From the IMG/VR virus record IMGVR_UViG_3300045988_150172: a stretch of 64,000 bases of DNA; one strand, given 5' to 3'. A model generated the notes under the pieces. It ran no database searches and had not been told where the DNA came from. It saw only the letters and a list, made by a program, of their open reading frames with translations. Shown here piece after piece: positions 6,659-16,519 of this stretch (its first letter is position 1; each line of letters opens with the position of its first letter). The DNA is from a virus. The position numbers were made by a program, and so were the translations under genes.

Positions 6659-9643
6659 CAGAGTGAAATTGATGTAGATTTTCCCGGAGAAGACCGAGGA
6701 AAAGTCAAGCAGTATATGGAACAGCGTTTTGGTGAAGTTAATGTCTGTTCAGTGGGTACTTACTCCGCCTTGCAGTTAAGAGCGGCTATTAAGGACATGT
6801 CTCGTGTGTATGGGCTGGAGTTTCAGGAGGTGAATGACATGATGAAACTCTTTGGAGTGGATGATCGTAAGCCTGAAGACCTGTTTAGGATAGCCTGTGC
6901 TCAACCGCGTGTGAAGAAGTTCGTTAAGGATCACCCTGACTTGGTCAATGAGGTCATGCTGATTATGCCAGCACCAAAGGCACGTTCAGTTCACGCCTGT
7001 GCAACCATGATATTTCCAAAGGAGCATGATATGTTCCACTGGACGCCTATTCGTAAGCAGAATGGAGAATATGTGACTGAATGGGAGGGTGGTGAAATGG
7101 ACGGTGCTGGATTTTTGAAAAATGATATTCTGGGTATTAAACAGCTGGATAAGTTTCAGAATATGGTGCGTCTTGTGAAAGAGAATGAGGGTGTTGATGT
7201 GGACATTTTCAATGTACCGCTTGACGACCCAGAGGTTTATCGTTATTTTCAGAATGGCTGGACGGAAGATAATTTTCACTTTGGCTCACGTGGTTTGACA
7301 GGCTACTGTAAGGAGATGAAACCTGAAAACATAGAGGACTTGATTGCAGCTATTGCCCTGTATCGCCCTGGAGCAATGGAGAACGGTTTCCATACGGAGT
7401 ATGTTAAGCGTAAGGAGGGTGCGCCTGTAAGTTACTTTGTAGGTTCCGAAGAAATTCTCTCTAATACTTATGGGATTTTTTGTATTTCGGAAGATAGCGA
7501 TGTGCTGACTGAAAGAGGTCTTGTTAAGATTCAGGATATCATTCCTGGAAAGGACAGAGTTAAAACAGAGGATGGTTCTTTTCAGACAGTCTATTTGAAG
7601 AAGGATAATGGTGTTAGAGATGTCGTTGAAGTCCAAACAGGCTTTGGGCGGCCAGTGCTCTGCACCCCTAATCATAAGTTTCTAACAAGAGAACGTGGTT
7701 GGCAGGAAGCACAGAATTTGCGACACAATGAGGAAATTGTATGTTATTTTGAACAACCGTTAAGAAAGGATGATCTAACTGAAAGGGAATGTCTTGAACA
7801 TTGGCTGTTAGGGTATTTTCTTGCAGAGGGTAGTTGTGGTTCATCTCCATATTTTACTGTTACCAATAAGGAAGTTGCTGAAAAGGTGTCTCAGATTATA
7901 TTGAAACTCTTTCCATCTATGATGGTAGGTATTAAGGAGAAAAAGACTGTTCATAAATCAGGTAGGATTGGTATAACAACACGAGTATATGTGAGACAGA
8001 AGAATGGCAACAATGGCTATTTTAATGCGAATTATGAACCTAATCAGTTTATTGTTTGGTTGAAAAAATGGGGTGTTTGGGGTCAGAGCTGTTATACCAA
8101 GAGACTTCCTAAAGATTATTCCTTGGACATGATTGTTGGTCTATTGGAGGGTGACGGCTGTATGAAGAATTATACTTTGCGTCTTTGTAATAAGGAACTT
8201 TCTATGGATGTTTATATGGGGTTGCAGTCTTACGGGATTCAGTCTTCATATAAAATTAGTAAGAGTGGAATACCTGTTGTAAGTTGGAATGACTTGAATC
8301 AAGAGTTTAATCTTAGATTGTTTAGTCATAAAAAATTGGTAAGACCGTCGACAGTACATTCTGGTTATGGTAGGGTTCGTTCTATTACTCCTATGGGGGC
8401 ACGGAGAGTGTATGATTTGAGTGTGGATAATGTTCATAGTTTTGTTGTAAATGGCTGTGTTGTAGCGAATTGCTTCCAGGAACAAATTATGGAATTGTGT
8501 AAGTGCTTGGGTGGGCTTTCACTTGTGGAAGCTGATGATGTGCGAAAGGCTATGGTGAAGAAGAAGTATGAAGCACTTCACCAGTATCATCCACGATTTG
8601 TCGACAACTACGTGACACAGTTCGGTGTGACGAATGAATATGCTGAAAATGTGTGGGATGCTATTGACAAGGCTTCCACCTATCTGTTCAACCGTTCTCA
8701 TGCTGTTGCCTATGCTCTTACAGGTTATATCTCACAGTGGATGAAAGTTCATTATCCGATAGAATACTGGAGTGTGGCATTTAAGGAAGCAACAACAGAT
8801 GACTATCCTCGTTATATTGCTGAGATCAATAAGACAGGGGTCTGTACCGTAAAACCTGTGGACATTAATCTGTCAGGAACAGGTGTGTATATTGACTTTG
8901 CGGCGAAGACGCTTTATTGGTCAGTTACAGGTGTGAAACAGGTTGCCGACAAGGCAGCAACGCAGATACTCAAGGAACGGGACGAAAATGGTAGGTACTG
9001 GTCTCTTGATGACTTTGTAACTCGACACAAGTGGAAGGGTTCTGCTGTGAACACAAGGGTTGTGCAGAATCTAATTCTTGCAGGTGCATTTGATGCAGTA
9101 GAGAACATTACTGATGCCCCACAGAGGGTGGAACTGCTGATATCCTATTTAGCTTCCACGAAAAACAAGCTGAATGGGGAGGATCCTATTATAGCAGGGT
9201 TTGACAATCACAGGAATGATGCTTGGTGGTGGCAGCTTATGCAGAAGAAGCTTTCAGGGCTTGCATTCTTTGATTATAGTAGTATCTATGAAAAGGTGAA
9301 GCAGTTCTTTCCTGACGGTTATGAATATCACACATTTGAGGACTGTAATGATGTTGAATATCGTCCTAACAGGGGTTATGTGATTGTTGGGGGTTATGTG
9401 TCTGCAATAGACCTTAAAAAGACTAAAAAAGGAGATGTTCTGTGTCGCATTACACTGGAAAATAATTATGAGTTCCTGGATTTGGTGGTATTTCAGTCAG
9501 AATATGAACGTCTTCAGGAGGAAATTACGGCAAGCAAGGATAATATTGTGCTTTTGAATGCAACGCTCTACTATGATGCACGAAATGATAGAAATGCCTT
9601 ACGTGCTGACATGGAGACCAATATGGTGACATTTAAGTTATAG
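6659..9643 (+). CDS. dnaE: DNA polymerase III alpha (DnaE) exon 2, intein-containing
   Basis: In-frame EIDVDF, SVHACATMIFP, LKNDILGIKQLD, ALYRPGAM, NTYGIF/CFQEQIMEL, ADDVRKAMVKKK and FNRSHAVAYALTGY. The frame is open from 6650; the first ATG is at 6716. Confidence 0.85.
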   Translation, partial: QSEIDVDFPGEDRGKVKQYMEQRFGEVNVCSVGTYSALQLRAAIKDMSRVYGLEFQEVNDMMKLFGVDDRKPEDLFRIACAQPRVKKFVKDHPDLVNEVMLIMPAPKARSVHACATMIFPKEHDMFHWTPIRKQNGEYVTEWEGGEMDGAGFLKNDILGIKQLDKFQNMVRLVKENEGVDVDIFNVPLDDPEVYRYFQNGWTEDNFHFGSRGLTGYCKEMKPENIEDLIAAIALYRPGAMENGFHTEYVKRKEGAPVSYFVGSEEILSNTYGIFCISEDSDVLTERGLVKIQDIIPGKDRVKTEDGSFQTVYLKKDNGVRDVVEVQTGFGRPVLCTPNHKFLTRERGWQEAQNLRHNEEIVCYFEQPLRKDDLTERECLEHWLLGYFLAEGSCGSSPYFTVTNKEVAEKVSQIILKLFPSMMVGIKEKKTVHKSGRIGITTRVYVRQKNGNNGYFNANYEPNQFIVWLKKWGVWGQSCYTKRLPKDYSLDMIVGLLEGDGCMKNYTLRLCNKELSMDVYMGLQSYGIQSSYKISKSGIPVVSWNDLNQEFNLRLFSHKKLVRPSTVHSGYGRVRSITPMGARRVYDLSVDNVHSFVVNGCVVANCFQEQIMELCKCLGGLSLVEADDVRKAMVKKKYEALHQYHPRFVDNYVTQFGVTNEYAENVWDAIDKASTYLFNRSHAVAYALTGYISQWMKVHYPIEYWSVAFKEATTDDYPRYIAEINKTGVCTVKPVDINLSGTGVYIDFAAKTLYWSVTGVKQVADKAATQILKERDENGRYWSLDDFVTRHKWKGSAVNTRVVQNLILAGAFDAVENITDAPQRVELLISYLASTKNKLNGEDPIIAGFDNHRNDAWWWQLMQKKLSGLAFFDYSSIYEKVKQFFPDGYEYHTFEDCNDVEYRPNRGYVIVGGYVSAIDLKKTKKGDVLCRITLENNYEFLDLVVFQSEYERLQEEITASKDNIVLLNATLYYDARNDRNALRADMETNMVTFKL
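7481..8470 (+). mobile_element. intein with LAGLIDADG homing endonuclease in DnaE
   Basis: Starts CISEDSDVLTERG, block B is CTPNHKF, LAGLIDADG motifs are LLGYFLAEGS and IVGLLEGDGC, and it ends VYDLSVDNVHSFVVNGCVVAN followed by +1 Cys. Removal joins YGIF to CFQEQIM. Confidence 0.85.
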
Positions 9644-9647
9644 ACTT

Positions 9648-10178
9648 ATGATAATTACAACACATTTTGCGAATGTTCCGGTAGAACTGGAAACTAATGG
9701 CTTTGACGGTCGTATAGACATAGATAGACTGACCAGTATAAATTATGAAAATCTGTTTGGGGAAGCCGTTACAGTTAGTGCGCTTTTGAATAAGGTAGGA
9801 ATTCTTAGGGCTGAAGCTGAAAAGGTCGTAGCAGAAAAGAAGCTGGAGAAGGACATCTATGAAGCAGATAGAAAAAAGTTTTATCGTAGGCAGGCACAGA
9901 AGAACGGTGGTAAGTTCTTCTTTGACAATGATGAGATAAAGATGTCTGAAAAGGCTTTGGAGGAAGTTATTTTACTTGACGAGGAATACCAGCAACTGTC
10001 CTGTGAGTTGATAGAGGCACAGAAGAATTTTGCTATTCTTGACACGCTGCAATGGTCTGTTCAGGACAAAAGTAGGAAGTTGAATAACCTTTTGAAGCCT
10101 GTTACACCAGCAGAGTTTTTACAGGAGCTAGTGGATGGTGAGGTTAATTCATTTTTAATTCGTAAAAAAGGATTTTGA
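9648..10178 (+). CDS. hypothetical protein (coiled-coil)
   Basis: ORF track, tightly packed after dnaE. No motif recognised. Confidence 0.6.
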   Translation: MIITTHFANVPVELETNGFDGRIDIDRLTSINYENLFGEAVTVSALLNKVGILRAEAEKVVAEKKLEKDIYEADRKKFYRRQAQKNGGKFFFDNDEIKMSEKALEEVILLDEEYQQLSCELIEAQKNFAILDTLQWSVQDKSRKLNNLLKPVTPAEFLQELVDGEVNSFLIRKKGF

Positions 10179-10179
10179 T

Positions 10180-10455
10180 ATGAAATTTGAGGATGTAGAA
10201 GAACTAAAGGAAGCCCTGTGGGAAAGAGATGCAGAAGATACGACATTCTTTGTTGATCCTGACTATATATCTGCTGTTATAGGTATTTCTACGGATGACA
10301 GGGTTGTGTATTCCTATGAGAAGATGGTTGAGTTCTTAGTGAATAGTGATGGCATAGCCTATGAGGACGCAGAAGAGTTTATAGAATATAACACCATTCG
10401 TACGATTCCTTATATGGGTAAAAATTCACCGATAATTGTTAAGGAAGAAATATAA
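10180..10455 (+). CDS. hypothetical acidic protein
   Basis: ORF track. Starts 1 nt after the previous stop. Confidence 0.6.
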   Translation: MKFEDVEELKEALWERDAEDTTFFVDPDYISAVIGISTDDRVVYSYEKMVEFLVNSDGIAYEDAEEFIEYNTIRTIPYMGKNSPIIVKEEI

Positions 10456-10473
10456 AGAAATTCCTGATAAACT

Positions 10474-10527
10474 CCTTGGATATCCAAGAAAAATAATTAC
10501 CTTTGCCGTGTAATCATTAAATCAATA
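10474..10527 (+). promoter_or_regulatory. promoter cassette with conserved leader
   Basis: TCCTTGGATATCCAAGAAA, then TACCTTTG (10499-10506), then GTAATCATTAAATCA. ATG at 10533. Confidence 0.6.
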
Positions 10528-10532
10528 AAGTT

Positions 10533-10751
10533 ATGAAAATCGGAGACAAGAACTTTAACGAAGCATTGAGCATTATTGCTAAATCACCAACAAGGGTCAA
10601 TGTCACTATTAACGAACCTGTTGAGGACAACTATTCCAATGTCCACCCTATTCTTTTACATCAGGCGTGTGCAAAACTTATCAATAATTTGATTGGAGCC
10701 GGATTTTCAATAGGCGTGTGTTCAAAAGGTACTTGGGTTGATAAATTTTAA
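10533..10751 (+). CDS. hypothetical protein
   Basis: ORF track. First ATG after the cassette. Confidence 0.55.
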   Translation: MKIGDKNFNEALSIIAKSPTRVNVTINEPVEDNYSNVHPILLHQACAKLINNLIGAGFSIGVCSKGTWVDKF

Positions 10752-10883
10752 TTTTAAGTTATGGCAGAATTTATCCATATTTCAGGTGAGTTTTATATTA
10801 AACAGTGTGAAACAGCCCCACAGGCATACGACATTTATCGTAAGAAAAATGAATGTTAATAGAGAAAGGCATCCTATGGTAAA

Positions 10884-11054
10884 ATGGAAGACATTTCTTA
10901 TGCAGTTCCTCTTCCGTATGCACTTCATCGTATAGCGAATGCGTTGGCAGCAGAAGAATCAGCTAACATTTATGAGCTTGCAGATAATCTTAAGAAATAT
11001 CAGGATGATTTCTTGGAAAGCGTTAAACAAATAGTGAAAATTTACAAATCCTAA
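10884..11054 (+). CDS. small hypothetical ORF (56 aa)
   Basis: Hand translation gives MEDISYAVPLPYALHRIANALAAEES..IVKIYKS. Below the track cutoff. Fills an otherwise empty gap. Confidence 0.3.
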   Translation: MEDISYAVPLPYALHRIANALAAEESANIYELADNLKKYQDDFLESVKQIVKIYKS

Positions 11055-11072
11055 TTATAAATAAAAGAAATT

Positions 11073-12479
11073 ATGGCAAGTTTTAACAGAGACAGGTTCA
11101 GGGCAACACCACTATCAACGGTAAATTCAACCGTTACGGAAACAAAGCAGTATGACACCTTTTACGGTGGAAGCAGCGACTATGCACCATTCTTTAAGAA
11201 TGTGGAGGGTGTGACCATTAAGAGGGTTCTCCCAGCACATGAGCCAGGAGACAGTCCTTACGTTCCTATGATGACTTCAATGCTTGAGTGTGAAGTTGAG
11301 GACAAGAAGGATGGTGTGGTTATTGGTAAGAAGATTGCCAAGAAGAAAATCTTTATTGCCACACTTCATGCAGGATCAAAGTACGACATCATTGATGAGT
11401 ACATTAAGAGGGTGTATGCTCTTGCGGAGCAGTATCAGGATAAGGATGAACGTAGCAGATTCCTTAACCCAATTACAGGCTATAGAATGGGTAAACAGTG
11501 GGTTTCAGGCATTCGTCCACAGCTGGAGTATGTCTATTATGCACTCATTAACGGTCAGATTTATCGCGATAGCTTGAAGCCGAAACAGATGGAAGCTCTC
11601 AACAAGGAGTCCGCTGAAATGTGTGCACAGGATGATACAGCAGCAATAGACATTTTCAGTGATCCTTCAACTGGTTACCCTATTCAGTGGTCACGTGAAA
11701 AGGATGAGAACGGTAAGACTGTTGAAGTCTTGAAGGCACTTCCGCTTCCTCGCACAATGTCCTGGGATCAGTATTTTGAAAAGTACGCTGTTCCTGATAA
11801 GGTGCTTGAGGATCTTCTTAAGCTTCCTTCGCTTAAGAGCTTGTACGTTGGTTCCTATCGTAAGAAGGACTTCGAGTATGCACTGGATGGCCTGAAGAGG
11901 TTTGACCAGAACAATGGTTACAATGTCTTTGCTGATGAGGACTATCTGGACTATATAGAAAGAGCCGAAGCTGAGCTTTCCAAGAAGTGGGGTTCAGAGG
12001 AGGATACTGATTCAGCACCACAGCCAAAGACAGCACCAGCACCTCAGGAGGAAGCACCTGCAAAGCCGAAGCCTGTTACAAAGAAGTCAGTGGCTAAGAA
12101 AGTGGCACCTGAAGAACCCACACTGGAGCAGAAGCTGAAAGTTATTAATGTGGAATTTGTTAGGCAGTATGGTAATGAGTATGAGGAAATTACTATTGAT
12201 GACTTGGGTTCTGATCTAGATTCCATCTATGCACTTGCAGTTAAGAAGGAGGATCTTGGCTATGATCTTGACCATGTTCCTGGATGGGATGCTAAACCTG
12301 AAGCACCTGCAAAGCCGAAGCCGAAGCCAGTTTCAAAGGTTGAGGATCCTGAACCTGAAGCAGCTCCAGAACCAGAGCCACAGGCAGCAGCTCCACAGCC
12401 ATCAGGCAATGCAACGGCACAGTCTGCTCTGGAAAGAATTAAGGCTATGCGTGAAAGGGCTAAAATGAACAAACAATAA
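11073..12479 (+). CDS. possible ssDNA-binding protein (gp32-like) with PAKP-rich acidic tail
   Basis: IKRVLPAHEPGDSPYVPMM is reminiscent of the T4 gp32 N-terminal region. The Pro/Ala/Lys/Glu-rich C-terminal third is low complexity. Sits at the head of the recombination gene block. The function call is weak. Confidence 0.3.
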   Translation: MASFNRDRFRATPLSTVNSTVTETKQYDTFYGGSSDYAPFFKNVEGVTIKRVLPAHEPGDSPYVPMMTSMLECEVEDKKDGVVIGKKIAKKKIFIATLHAGSKYDIIDEYIKRVYALAEQYQDKDERSRFLNPITGYRMGKQWVSGIRPQLEYVYYALINGQIYRDSLKPKQMEALNKESAEMCAQDDTAAIDIFSDPSTGYPIQWSREKDENGKTVEVLKALPLPRTMSWDQYFEKYAVPDKVLEDLLKLPSLKSLYVGSYRKKDFEYALDGLKRFDQNNGYNVFADEDYLDYIERAEAELSKKWGSEEDTDSAPQPKTAPAPQEEAPAKPKPVTKKSVAKKVAPEEPTLEQKLKVINVEFVRQYGNEYEEITIDDLGSDLDSIYALAVKKEDLGYDLDHVPGWDAKPEAPAKPKPKPVSKVEDPEPEAAPEPEPQAAAPQPSGNATAQSALERIKAMRERAKMNKQ

Positions 12480-12498
12480 TGAAGTAGTAAATGTGATT

Positions 12499-12530
12499 GA
12501 GGGGTGGCAGTGATACCACCCCTCTTTTAA
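12499..12530 (+). terminator. rho-independent terminator
   Basis: GAGGGGTGG-loop-CCACCCCTC followed by TTTTAA. Confidence 0.7.
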
Positions 12531-12541
12531 TCTAATCATAT

Positions 12542-13570
12542 ATGATGAAACAACCTTTAGCAATAATCAGCACGGACTGGCATATTAAGGCTGATAATAA
12601 GGAATCAATTTTGAGTATTACAGAACAGGAGATACAGTTGGCTCAGAACTGTGGCGTGAGTACGATTATATGGCTTGGCGACATATTTGACAGTAGAACG
12701 AGCCAGAGTCAGGAGCTTCTTACCCTTATGGATAGCATTCTGAATATGTATTATCTTGCAGGGTTGACCGTACACTGTATTCCTGGAAATCATGATAAAA
12801 CAGATTACGGTGATGATAAAAGCTTCCTAACAGTGTTCAAGTATCATCCAAATTTCCATTTACATGAAGAACTGGACATGTTTGTTCTTGGGCAATATAA
12901 ATTCTGGTTAATGCCTTTTTACAGACAGGATGTGTATCTTAAGAAATTTGAAATGTGTACCCCTTTGGGTCGGTGTGTTCTATTCAGTCACACAGCTATT
13001 CAGGGTTCTATCAACAATGATGGCAGCAAGGTGGAGTCTTCCATTAAGGCTTCTCTGTTTAAGGGGTTTGAAAAGGTCTTTCTTGGGCATTATCATAATA
13101 GACAGCAGCCAGCCAAGAACATCTTTCATCTACCGAGCGTGCAGCAGAACAATTTTGGGGAGGATGAGGACAAGGGTTTTACCGTTCTGTATGATGATCT
13201 GTCCTTTGACCTTGTAAAGTCAGTTTTTAAGCCTTATAAGGAGATTGTAGTTGATGCTCGGACAGTCACCTCGGAGGAACTTGTAGAACTTTCCAAGTCG
13301 TCCGTAGATGGGGTGAATCTGCGTCTTACGTTTACAGGGGATAAACAGGCAGTAAAAAAGATTGACCGAAAAAAATTCACAGCCGTCGGTATAAGTGTGC
13401 AGGTTAAGTATGATGATGTCAATGTTGATGAGGTGGATGAGCACCAGAATATCATTGCAATGACCGGAACCAGTATTGCGGAGAAATTTGAAGAATTTTG
13501 TAAGGAAAAAGGTTATGATTATATAAAGGGTTACGAACTATTAAAAGAAATAATGAAATGGCAGGAATAG
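12542..13570 (+). CDS. sbcD: SbcD/Mre11-family nuclease
   Basis: Metallophosphoesterase motifs ISTDWH, WLGDIFD, PGNHDK and LGHYH. Confidence 0.85.
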   Translation: MMKQPLAIISTDWHIKADNKESILSITEQEIQLAQNCGVSTIIWLGDIFDSRTSQSQELLTLMDSILNMYYLAGLTVHCIPGNHDKTDYGDDKSFLTVFKYHPNFHLHEELDMFVLGQYKFWLMPFYRQDVYLKKFEMCTPLGRCVLFSHTAIQGSINNDGSKVESSIKASLFKGFEKVFLGHYHNRQQPAKNIFHLPSVQQNNFGEDEDKGFTVLYDDLSFDLVKSVFKPYKEIVVDARTVTSEELVELSKSSVDGVNLRLTFTGDKQAVKKIDRKKFTAVGISVQVKYDDVNVDEVDEHQNIIAMTGTSIAEKFEEFCKEKGYDYIKGYELLKEIMKWQE

Positions 13571-14520
13571 AAGAACTTGTATCCACCCTACAGAAGAAAT
13601 TCGGTAAGGAGATTGTAGCTGGGAACACTTCACAGGAAGTTACATTCATATCGTCAGGCAGTATGGGTCTAGACTTGGCCTTGGGTGGGGGTTATCCTCT
13701 TGGAAGAATAGTGGAACTCAGAGGATATGAATCAAGCGGTAAGACGACTCTTGCACTTACAGCCTGTGCAAGCATTCAAAGGCAGACAGGTAAGGCGATT
13801 ATCTATGTTGACAGGGAGAATGCTATTGACATGGACTATGTGGAAGCTCTTGGCGTGGATATCTCTCCTGATAAATTCATTCTGACACAGGCAGGCACTG
13901 CTGAGGAATGTCTTGAAATTATACGTGAATCGGCAAAGTCAGATGCTGTTGGTGGTATTGTCATGGATTCTGTGGCGGCTATGTTTCCACGGTGCTATCT
14001 GGATGCGGAGGTGGGGGATGCCAAGATGGGTGTTCTGGCTCGACTGATGTCAGCGTGGCTTCCAGGAATTGTGGGTGACTTGAAGAGAAACAACATCATT
14101 GCTCTGTTCATCAACCAGTATCGTGAAAAGATAGGTGTGATGTATGGTTCACCTAAGACAACTCCAGGAGGAAAGAGTTTGGGTTTTTATGCAAGTCAGA
14201 TTCTGGATATTGCTAAATCAGGTGTTATAGGTGACAAGGGTGAGGAATCAGCCATTCACGTTAAGGTACGCGTGGAGAAGAATAAGGTTGCACCACCACT
14301 TCGCAAGGCGGAGTTTGATATTCGCTTTGGAGAGGGGGTTGATAGGGCTTCTGAAGTGCTTGAGCTGGCTGTTGGTTATGAAGTCATTGAGAAGAAAGGC
14401 ACGTTTTTCCGCTATAATGGTAGTTTGATTGGTCAGGGTGCTGAAAAGGCAAGAATTTTTCTTAGAGACAATCTAGAACTGATGCAGGAGATTGAATCAA
14501 AGATAACAGAAAAGATTTAG
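13558..14520 (+). CDS. recA: RecA recombinase
   Basis: SSGSMGLDLALGGGYPLGRIVELRGYESSGKTTLAL, VMDSVAA and FINQYREKIGVMYGSPKTTPGGKSLGFYAS are colinear with bacterial RecA. Confidence 0.9.
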   Translation: MAGIEELVSTLQKKFGKEIVAGNTSQEVTFISSGSMGLDLALGGGYPLGRIVELRGYESSGKTTLALTACASIQRQTGKAIIYVDRENAIDMDYVEALGVDISPDKFILTQAGTAEECLEIIRESAKSDAVGGIVMDSVAAMFPRCYLDAEVGDAKMGVLARLMSAWLPGIVGDLKRNNIIALFINQYREKIGVMYGSPKTTPGGKSLGFYASQILDIAKSGVIGDKGEESAIHVKVRVEKNKVAPPLRKAEFDIRFGEGVDRASEVLELAVGYEVIEKKGTFFRYNGSLIGQGAEKARIFLRDNLELMQEIESKITEKI

Positions 14521-14524
14521 GCGT

Positions 14525-16519
14525 ATGCGACTGGAAACGTTAAGATTAAAGAATTTTCTATCTTTTAGGGAATTGAACCATACATTCCGTAATGGGGCGA
14601 CCCTTATTCAGGGTAAGAATCTTACGGATGATAGCAAGGAGACAAATGGTGCTGGAAAGTCCACTATGGAAGCTGGTATTTCTTATGCACTGATGGCTAC
14701 ATCGCTTCGTAAGCAGACACTGGATAGGGATCTAATAAGGTGGGGTGAGGATGAAGCAGAAGTTGAATTAACACTGTTTTGCCCAGTAAGGAATCAACGC
14801 CTTAGAATTTTTAGAAAAATCCGTAGCAAGGGATCAGCGACACTTGAACTATATGTAAATGAACAGCCTGTTCAGTTTGCTTCTGTGCTGGAAGGAAACA
14901 GGTATATTCTGGACTGGATAGCTATAACACCTGACGACCTAAAGTCATTCTATATTCTTAATAAGGAAAATTATAAGTCGTTCTTGAGTGCTTCCAATAC
15001 AGACAAGCTTGCTCTTATTAATCGGTTTATGAAAGCAGAGCAGCTGGAAGCCGCTGATGATGTTGTAAAGGAGAGAAGCATTCCTTACATTGAAAAGCGC
15101 GATGCGGCTCAGAAAAAGGTTTTTTCGGTGGAGGGGGAATTAGACGCTTACAGGAGTCAATTGACCCATGAACAGTCCCGTAATCTTGATGAGGAGCTTG
15201 AACAGCAAATTGGGGTGATTAACGAGCGAATAAGTGGGTATAGGCTGAAGATCCAAACGTGTGAGGATAATAATAGGCAGATGGAAGAACTGCAAGGTAA
15301 GGTTGAGCTGGAAGTTGATCAGAGAAAGAAAGTCTTGGCGACAGTGAAACAATCACTTGAAGCAATGGTGGTTGACAACACACTTGAACAACAGAAGGAA
15401 TCAATCAGGCAGGAACGTCAGGGGTTGGATAATGCAGTGCTTGAAGCACGTAATTTTCGTAACGAAGAGAATAGAAGACTTGATGAAACGAACAGAAAAT
15501 TAGCTGAACTGAATAAGATGCTTGCAGGTACTGTTACGTGTCCACACTGCCACCACAGATTCCTACTTAATGATACGGAACATTCTATTGCCGCACTTGA
15601 AAGTGAAAAGGTAAATCTGACCTATGATGTGCAGATTCATAATGACACAATCAATGAAGTTAATAAAGTGCTTGATGAACTTGCAGACAATCTTTCCACC
15701 TATGCTGGTAAGGAGGAGGAAATTGTTGAAGCTATGAACAAGCGTGATATTGAATTATCAGCATTGCGTAAACAGGTTGCGGAAGCGGAGCGTACAATTT
15801 ACAGTAAAGAGGCCTTATTGAGTCAATATGAGGAGACTGTTAATCGTAACAATTCTACTATTGAAAATCTACAGAAGGATATTCAACAGGAGGAGGAACG
15901 AATTGCTGTACTGGAAAAGAATGGCATTCAGACAAAGGTTGAAGAATATGAGGGTTTAATAACTTTGACGGAAAGGAAACTGGAGCGTGCTCAGAAGGAA
16001 CTTGAAAAGGCAGAAGCTGAACTCAGTGAACTTCAACAGTGGGGGCAGCGATTTAAGGACTTTAGAATGTCATTAGCCTGTGGCCAGTTGAAAGTGATTC
16101 AGGATGCTGCAAATCTGTCTCTTGAACGGCAAAAATCTGAACTTCGTGTTTCCATTGACGGTTTCAAGGTGAATGCTAAAGGTCAGATTAAGAGTGAAAT
16201 TACAGTGCTTGTTATCAACGGTGAGGGTGAATATAAAAGTTTCTGGTCATATAGTGGGGGTGAACGTGCTAGAGTGGAGATGGCTATGATACAGGCATTT
16301 CAGGAAATGCTCAACGCTACGAACCCCTATGGTGGGCTGGATTTTTTGATGATTGATGAAGTGCTGGAGGGGACTGACCCCCTTGGGTTAAGTTTACTCA
16401 TTGAATCGTTGAAGGACGTAGAAAATCCAGTTTATATAATTAGTCATGTGATGAACATTAAGGTTGGAACACCAATTTTAACTGTTGTGAAAGAAAAAGG
16501 TATAAGCAGAATTGAATGA
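14525..16519 (+). CDS. sbcC: SbcC/Rad50-family ATPase
   Basis: LRLKNFLSF, Walker A NGAGKST, long coiled coil with a CPHC zinc hook, signature YSGGERARV and Walker B LMIDEV. Confidence 0.85.
   Translation: MRLETLRLKNFLSFRELNHTFRNGATLIQGKNLTDDSKETNGAGKSTMEAGISYALMATSLRKQTLDRDLIRWGEDEAEVELTLFCPVRNQRLRIFRKIRSKGSATLELYVNEQPVQFASVLEGNRYILDWIAITPDDLKSFYILNKENYKSFLSASNTDKLALINRFMKAEQLEAADDVVKERSIPYIEKRDAAQKKVFSVEGELDAYRSQLTHEQSRNLDEELEQQIGVINERISGYRLKIQTCEDNNRQMEELQGKVELEVDQRKKVLATVKQSLEAMVVDNTLEQQKESIRQERQGLDNAVLEARNFRNEENRRLDETNRKLAELNKMLAGTVTCPHCHHRFLLNDTEHSIAALESEKVNLTYDVQIHNDTINEVNKVLDELADNLSTYAGKEEEIVEAMNKRDIELSALRKQVAEAERTIYSKEALLSQYEETVNRNNSTIENLQKDIQQEEERIAVLEKNGIQTKVEEYEGLITLTERKLERAQKELEKAEAELSELQQWGQRFKDFRMSLACGQLKVIQDAANLSLERQKSELRVSIDGFKVNAKGQIKSEITVLVINGEGEYKSFWSYSGGERARVEMAMIQAFQEMLNATNPYGGLDFLMIDEVLEGTDPLGLSLLIESLKDVENPVYIISHVMNIKVGTPILTVVKEKGISRIE

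Noticed and set aside
6350-6661. The dnaE intervening sequence as a mini-intein or split intein. The insert length is divisible by 3, and the read-through tail ..HIELCAKDFEVGDNILAY looks Hint-like.
   Set aside because: The frame has multiple stops from 6506 onward. The first insert residue is not Cys/Ser/Thr/Ala. The small ORF MSKITKIKIEDRKGFVRVSLPDE (6565) is in a different frame from exon 2 and lacks a terminal HN/Asn. No start codon precedes the downstream extein.
10738-10935. 65-aa track ORF between 10751 and 11073.
   Set aside because: It has an odd composition, overlaps the stop of the previous gene, and starts at a non-ATG codon. A 56-aa ATG-initiated ORF (10884-11054) explains the region better.
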